DNA of 64,000 bases. It comes from Eledone cirrhosa (lineage: Eukaryota). Under the pieces are notes generated by a model. The model made no database searches. It saw nothing but the letters and a program-made list of their open reading frames with translations, and was not told the DNA's origin. The stretch is taken from NCBI GenBank assembly GCA_964016885.1, contig OZ024743.1, forward strand, positions 194,928,001 through 194,992,000, written 5' to 3'. Both the position numbers and the translations under genes were made by a program. Shown piece after piece: positions 57,578 to 64,000 of the stretch (position 1 is the first letter of the stretch; the number at the start of each line of letters is the position of its first letter).

Positions 57578-57628
<51 letters not shown>

Positions 57629-57765
57629 TATATATATATATATACACATACATACACACACATACATACTCATACATAGACATACATATATACACACATA
57701 CATACACACATACATATACGCATATATACACATACATACACATACATACACACATACATATATAT

Positions 57766-57832
<67 letters not shown>

Positions 57833-57934
57833 CATATATATAAAAAAATAAAGAAATAAAATAAATAAATAAATAAATAAATTAATACACACAGTCAGTC
57901 AAATATGCACACACATACATATACACATATATAT

Positions 57935-57966
<32 letters not shown>

Positions 57967-58019
57967 ACATACTTATACATACATATATATATATATACAC
58001 ATACACACATCAACTACAA

Positions 58020-58057
<38 letters not shown>

Positions 58058-58479
58058 TCACATATACATGCGCACATACGTACATATATACACATACACA
58101 CATATATACATAGACGTATACATGTGCATACATATACATACACACATATACCCACATAAATACATAGATACATATATATATATATATATACATATATATA
58201 AATACACATATATATATATATATACACACAATCATACACCCTTATTTACATGCGCACATATGTATTTTTATACTCGCATACAAACACCCAAACATACATA
58301 CCTACCTACATATACATACATACATCCACGCTTACAAATACAAATAATAATAGGGGGGGGGGGGATTATAGTAAATATAGGTTTCAAGAAACATAGAATA
58401 TTAATCTGCATTTAGATCATAATATGTGTTTATATAGTAGTTTCAGTATTAGGAAATGTAAGAAAGAAGGCAAAATTAT

Positions 58480-58878
58480 GCATTTTAATATAAGTAGACT
58501 ATTAATTATAGGTTAACTAAATTAAAGATAGTTAATATATTGATTTCTAAGGTGTATACTACTTAGGTTTATAATATTTGAAGCGGAATTTTGAAGTTAA
58601 ATAGTAGTAGAGTATTAATTATAGTATAACTAAATTAAAATTATTAACGTTATGGTATCAATATTAGGAAATGAATTTAGTAATAGGGAAAAAAAAAAAA
58701 ATAAATAAAGTATTACATCGGTAGTATAATATAAATTATAGGTTAACTAAATTAAAAATTATATATTAATTTCTATAGTATATGTTAATTTGGTTTATAA
58801 TAATTAAAACAGATATTGTATTTTATCTATAGTAGAATATAATTATAGGTAAACAGAAATTAAAATTAATACATACAC

Positions 58879-58949
<71 letters not shown>

Positions 58950-59480
58950 TATACATACAAATACATATTTTTTCAAAAATTGCAAATAATATATTAACTA
59001 GGTATACATCCAAAACCTATCTCAGTCTATGATTACATGACACTCTGCAATCCATCTGTATTAGATATTAATTTTAAGCCAATTAAATTAAATTTTTAGG
59101 TTAACCAAATTTAAAACCAAATTATAAATATATTTCTAAAATGTACATTAATTAGGTCTATAATATTAAAAATTATTTCTCTGTCATTGAATACACGATA
59201 TTTTGTTATATTTTATCTGTAAAGGAATTTTAATAAAAGGTTAAATAAATTAAAATTAATCTATAAATTAATTTACGAAGTATATATTAGTAATATTTAA
59301 AAGTTTTTCACAATTTATAATTACACAATATTTTATAATCTCATCTGTAGTAGAATTTAAATTAAATTAAATTTATAGGTTAACTAACATTTAAATTAAA
59401 TTATATATTAATTTCTAAAATAATGTTATTAATTAGGTTTATAATATTTAAATGTTTTTCTTAGTTTATGATTACACGAT
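58480..59480. repeat. Degenerate AT-rich tandem repeat (~110-140-bp period)
   Basis: Variants of ttataggttaactaaattaaa recur near 58507, 58736, 58843, 59096, 59238 and 59373. Confidence 0.6.
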
Positions 59481-59857
59481 ATAATTAATTCCTGTCGTTT
59501 ATTTAATAGGATATCCTTAGATTTCATTATTTCAAATAGTTCTTGGGAACATAATCTACATTCATTTCTATTATTTTGATAAGGGGTAGCTCTTATATAT
59601 ATATATATATATATTATATCTATCTATCTAGGGCGGGTAAAATTTCTGAGATCCATGGACGAGTTCTCTCCAGCGGTCATTGTCCTTCATTGTCGTTGCC
59701 ATGTCATACATCTGCAACAGACCAGTGTCTGTCCTTAGGGCATCAACATGCGTTAACCTTGGTCTTCCTCTTCCAGTGTGTCCATGCAGGGGCTCCCACG
59801 GGAGCACTGAGTGCAGTTTTAAATATGGATGTCGGTGAGCATGTATATATGTATATG

Positions 59858-59951
<94 letters not shown>

Positions 59952-59952
59952 T

Positions 59953-60205
<253 letters not shown>

Positions 60206-60701
60206 TAGATATATATATATACATATATACATATACATATATACATGCTGGCGGGGATCATTTAAAAAAAATCTTCGTCCAAGTGAGTTTGTTTCCTGAT
60301 GATTTCGAAGCTCGTGAATTTATCCTTGATCGGATATTTCCAAAAGCGAATGATATCCCATGGGGTAGAAACGTAATCTTGGTATGTTTATATACTTTTT
60401 TCTCCTAACTTTAATTTTATACCTAATTATGTATGGTTGATGATATATTTAATCGATTTCCACGTGCTATTGAAATGCTCGGTAAATATTCTATAGCTGT
60501 TGATCGCGAATAGATGGCTGTCGTTTATTTATCTATTATTTCTTCTTATAGCCTGGTTTAATTGTTTTTTTGTATGGTTGATTATGCTAATTGGGAGAGG
60601 AGCTGGTGTTTATATCTTATCAAATGATTCTATGGTCATACTTTATTGTATATATATATATATATACATATGCGTGTGTATATGTGTATATATGTGTATG
60701 C

Positions 60702-60747
<46 letters not shown>

Positions 60748-60892
60748 AACACTCTATCTCAAAGTTATTTTTGAAAAGCATAAGAAATGCGCAACCGGTA
60801 AAAACTTAAAACTAAAACTGAATACTAACTAATACTTATTATTAATTTATACATATTCCCTTTACAGTCCCTTTATTTATACATATTCCCTT

Positions 60893-61025
60893 TACGTCCC
60901 TTTACAGTCTGAGTTCAAATCCCGCCGAGGTTAACTTTGCCTTTCATCCTTACGCGGTCGATAAAAGAAAGTACCAGTAATGTACTGGGTAATTGCTGGA
61001 CTTGTGCCTAAAGTAGAAACAATTA
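60893..61025 (+). mobile_element. 5'-truncated SINE family 1 copy
   Basis: B box gagttcaaatccc, core, and tail gtagaaacaatta. Confidence 0.8.
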
Positions 61026-61098
61026 ATTTATACATATTCCTAATTGAACTATTTTTCACTGGGAACAATTTGTCAGCAATTTCTTTTCCTTTTTACTA

Positions 61099-61130
<32 letters not shown>

Positions 61131-61132
<2 letters not shown>

Positions 61133-61366
61133 TGTTATACTTTGGGAGGGTCATGTTGCCAATAAGAAACACACGCACCAGTTGTTTTACTCCAATTTAT
61201 TATAAATTAAAAAGATTTAAAAAAAAAAAAATTATTTATAATAAATTGGAGTGAAGCATGGGTGCGTGTGTTTCTTATTGGCAACATGACCCTCCCAAAG
61301 TATAACAATATCGGTTTCAACACACGTTTTCAGATAAAGAATCTTGCTAAACAAATTCAGAAACGA
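61131..61366 (+). mobile_element. Fold-back insertion in (TA)n (family E)
   Basis: Imperfect palindrome 61131-61309 plus a 57-nt tail. Terminal motif gaccctcccaaagtataacaat also at ~53319-53340 and, degraded, at ~35222-35248. Confidence 0.65.
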
Positions 61367-61402
61367 TATATATATATATATATATATATGTATATCTATC
61401 TA

Positions 61403-61523
<121 letters not shown>

Positions 61524-61917
61524 ATTTACATGTATATATATAATATGGTGGCTGCCAACTCGTTTTGGAGTATGGCCACTACTTTATATCCATGTAGGAG
61601 AACCCCTACCGTTGCGCTGAACGAGCGTGACTTTTTAGTCCAGCCAGCGACTTGAAAACTCTGGTAGAAGAACAAGTCAACATCATTGGATGCCATCAGG
61701 GTTGCAGGTGTTATATCAGAGTTTTCATTTTCCTAGAATTCTGCCTTGACAAAGGCTAAGGGGTCATCTCACCCGGTGATTTTGGATAGCCATTGACTCT
61801 CAAGAGTTGTCTTTTAAATATGTTAATTATTTTCAACTGAACCAGATCAATTATGATATATAGTCATCTGATCCAGAAATATTATATGAAGTAGCGAAAC
61901 AATTGTAAACGGACATG

Positions 61918-62130
61918 TAGCTGGATTGGCAGTATCGGTAGAGAGTCGGACGCCATGCTTTCCAGCATAGTTACGTCCCTTTACGATCTGAGTTCAAATC
62001 CCGCCGAGGTTGACTTTGCCTTTCATCCTTACGGAGTCGATAAAATTAAGTACCAGTAATGCATTGGGTAATTGCTGGCCTTGTGCCTAAAGTAGAAACA
62101 ATTATTATTAATATTATTATTATTATTATT
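61918..62130 (+). mobile_element. Near full-length SINE family 1
   Basis: A-box-like tggcagtatcgg, B box gagttcaaatccc, and (ATT)n tail. Confidence 0.85.
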
Positions 62131-62371
62131 CTCTACATTCCTTACATCAAACCAAATTATATTGACAATCTTTAAATAATGTCTTCCTTGTGAAATTTGT
62201 GGTCTTGTTTTGCTTAACTAATGAATATTTCCAGCTCTGCGCACCTAACTTCTTTCTATTGCACATTGAGCACATGCCTTTACGCGTTGTCTTCTAACTA
62301 ATTCACCAATCTCTCCTCTTATATCTCCTCTCCTATCTCCATCTCTCTCTTTAAGATTGGTTACTCTTGAA

Positions 62372-62471
<100 letters not shown>

Positions 62472-62789
62472 ACATGAGGATATGGTCTAATACTTCACTA
62501 TTTTCATTGGTAAGATGACATAAGTTTGATGCAATTTACTATCCTCTGTTCTTCAGTAATGAGAGGAAAGTGGATTCATTAATTACGTCTTGTTAAACTC
62601 AACAATCTAAAATAATTTTCTGACACATTTGTTTGACTGTTTTAGAACTATGATGGATCCTCCATCTGATTGATCCTCCGTCTGTTGCCGTGATGATCAT
62701 CCTGATCATTTAATTGTCATGTACATGTAGATTTAGCAGAATTCACATTATGAAGCAGCAGAATACAATGTAACAAAGCTGAACATTTG

Positions 62790-62950
62790 CTAATACAATT
62801 TATCCGGTCGGCTTCTACAGAGTTTCCGTCAGCCCAGTTAAACTCACAAGATTTGGTCACCTGAGTCTCCGGTAAATGACAATCGCCTAATATGCCACTT
62901 TGATGGATCAGATCCTGTCCCCCATAATATCTTAATAATTTATCCATAGC
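62790..62950 (-). mobile_element. Degraded SINE, second family
   Basis: ggcttctacagagtttccgtc..aaactcacaagatttggtc. A similar degraded segment lies at ~26270-26410. Confidence 0.45.
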
Positions 62951-63943
62951 GTGTTTCTGTATGTGAGAGTATGTTTGTATGTGTGTATTTATGTATGTAT
63001 GTATGTATGTATAAATGTATGAAACTGGGATAACTCCAACATATACCCTGCCGCTCAGTAGTTGACGATGATGTTGATCTTTTCTTCTTTTCCGGTTATA
63101 GCTACTGTCTCTCAGAGAGTAGGATTGGCTCAGTGCACAGTCTTTCCTCCCCTTAAAAAAATGCTTTACTCACAGGCAATGCACAATAGCATTAAGTGAT
63201 AATTACTAATAATGTTATATCGTGCAATGTCCATACTCGTTAAGGAGAGGGCAGCCATCATCATGTATGTATGTTTGAATGTATGTGGTAATGTGTGAAT
63301 GTATTATGCACTTGCAACTACTTGGGTAGACATAAGGCCGTTGTAGTAACCTACAATATTTACACTTGACAGGGTCAAGGTCTGAACACAAACAATTTCT
63401 TCCAAAGGAAATAGAAAACATGTGAGATCTAGAGATAGAATGGGGCCCAGTGCTGGACTGGTACCTTTTGATATAACATTAGAATAATGAAAAGCAAAAT
63501 AGACCCCACAGAACACATAGAACACGAGCTGATGCGCTAAAGCAGTCTATCCGACATTTGTACAAGTTTGCCACATTCCTTATGTTAATTTCACTGGAAT
63601 AAGTTCATAGTTAAACATTAACCCATTGAGGTCTGTGAGAAGAACACTCATTTATCAACAGTCTAGAGTTATGTTAATTATGTTCTCTAATTTTCATAGA
63701 TCCCAACACAAACCTATGCCAACATAAACTAATCAATCAATCAATTTATCTATTTATCTAAGCATCTCTTTCTCTCGGCGAAATTTAGACATTTAATTGT
63801 CTTCTAATGTAAACTCTAGTTAACCGATAAGGAGGTGTGCGGTAGTAGATGAAATCTGTGCAGAGGCCAGCTTATGTATCTATCTATCTATCTATCTATC
63901 TGAAGATTTGTCTGTCTGTCTCTATCTCTATCAATGTAGCTAG

Positions 63944-64000
<57 letters not shown>

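Noticed and set aside
60290-60385. CTGATGA ... GAAACGTAATC as a possible hammerhead
   Set aside because: No convincing helix I or helix III pairing.
61918-62005. tRNA gene suggested by A/B boxes
   Set aside because: No cloverleaf. It is the head of a multi-copy SINE.

Overview
AT-rich eukaryotic DNA with many (TA)n/(CA)n/(GA)n microsatellites and no recognisable host gene. The SINE content suggests an Octopus-like cephalopod genome (inference). The window is dominated by Penelope-like retroelements (PLEs). Four 5'-truncated coding remnants (RT and/or GIY-YIG) lie at about 5.4-7.5, 11.0-13.3, 13.4-15.8 and 43.5-44.7 kb. Many non-coding PLE-like insertions sit in (TA)n tracts with a 5' fold-back inversion. 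Read by eye, about two dozen hammerhead ribozyme (HHR) motifs occur across roughly ten unrelated families. Most have palindromic helix III, several have the U3-A8 core variant, and several have very long helix II inserts. The most striking structure is a ~4.3-kb tandem array (39.2-43.5 kb) of ~415-500-bp units. Each unit carries a minus-strand minimal HHR and an invariant ATGCAAAT octamer. The array starts within about 2 nt of the HHR cleavage site and is fused head-to-head to a PLE endonuclease remnant, so it is a candidate non-LTR retrozyme caught with its likely mobiliser. A second 588-nt two-HHR retrozyme-like unit is at 9.4-10.5 kb. Also present are tRNA-derived SINEs, a non-autonomous Helitron-like element with two 3' ends, RTE- and CR1-type LINE fragments, and a 3.1-kb palindrome enclosing an 80/160-bp tandem array. 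All ribozyme calls are manual motif readings and are untested.
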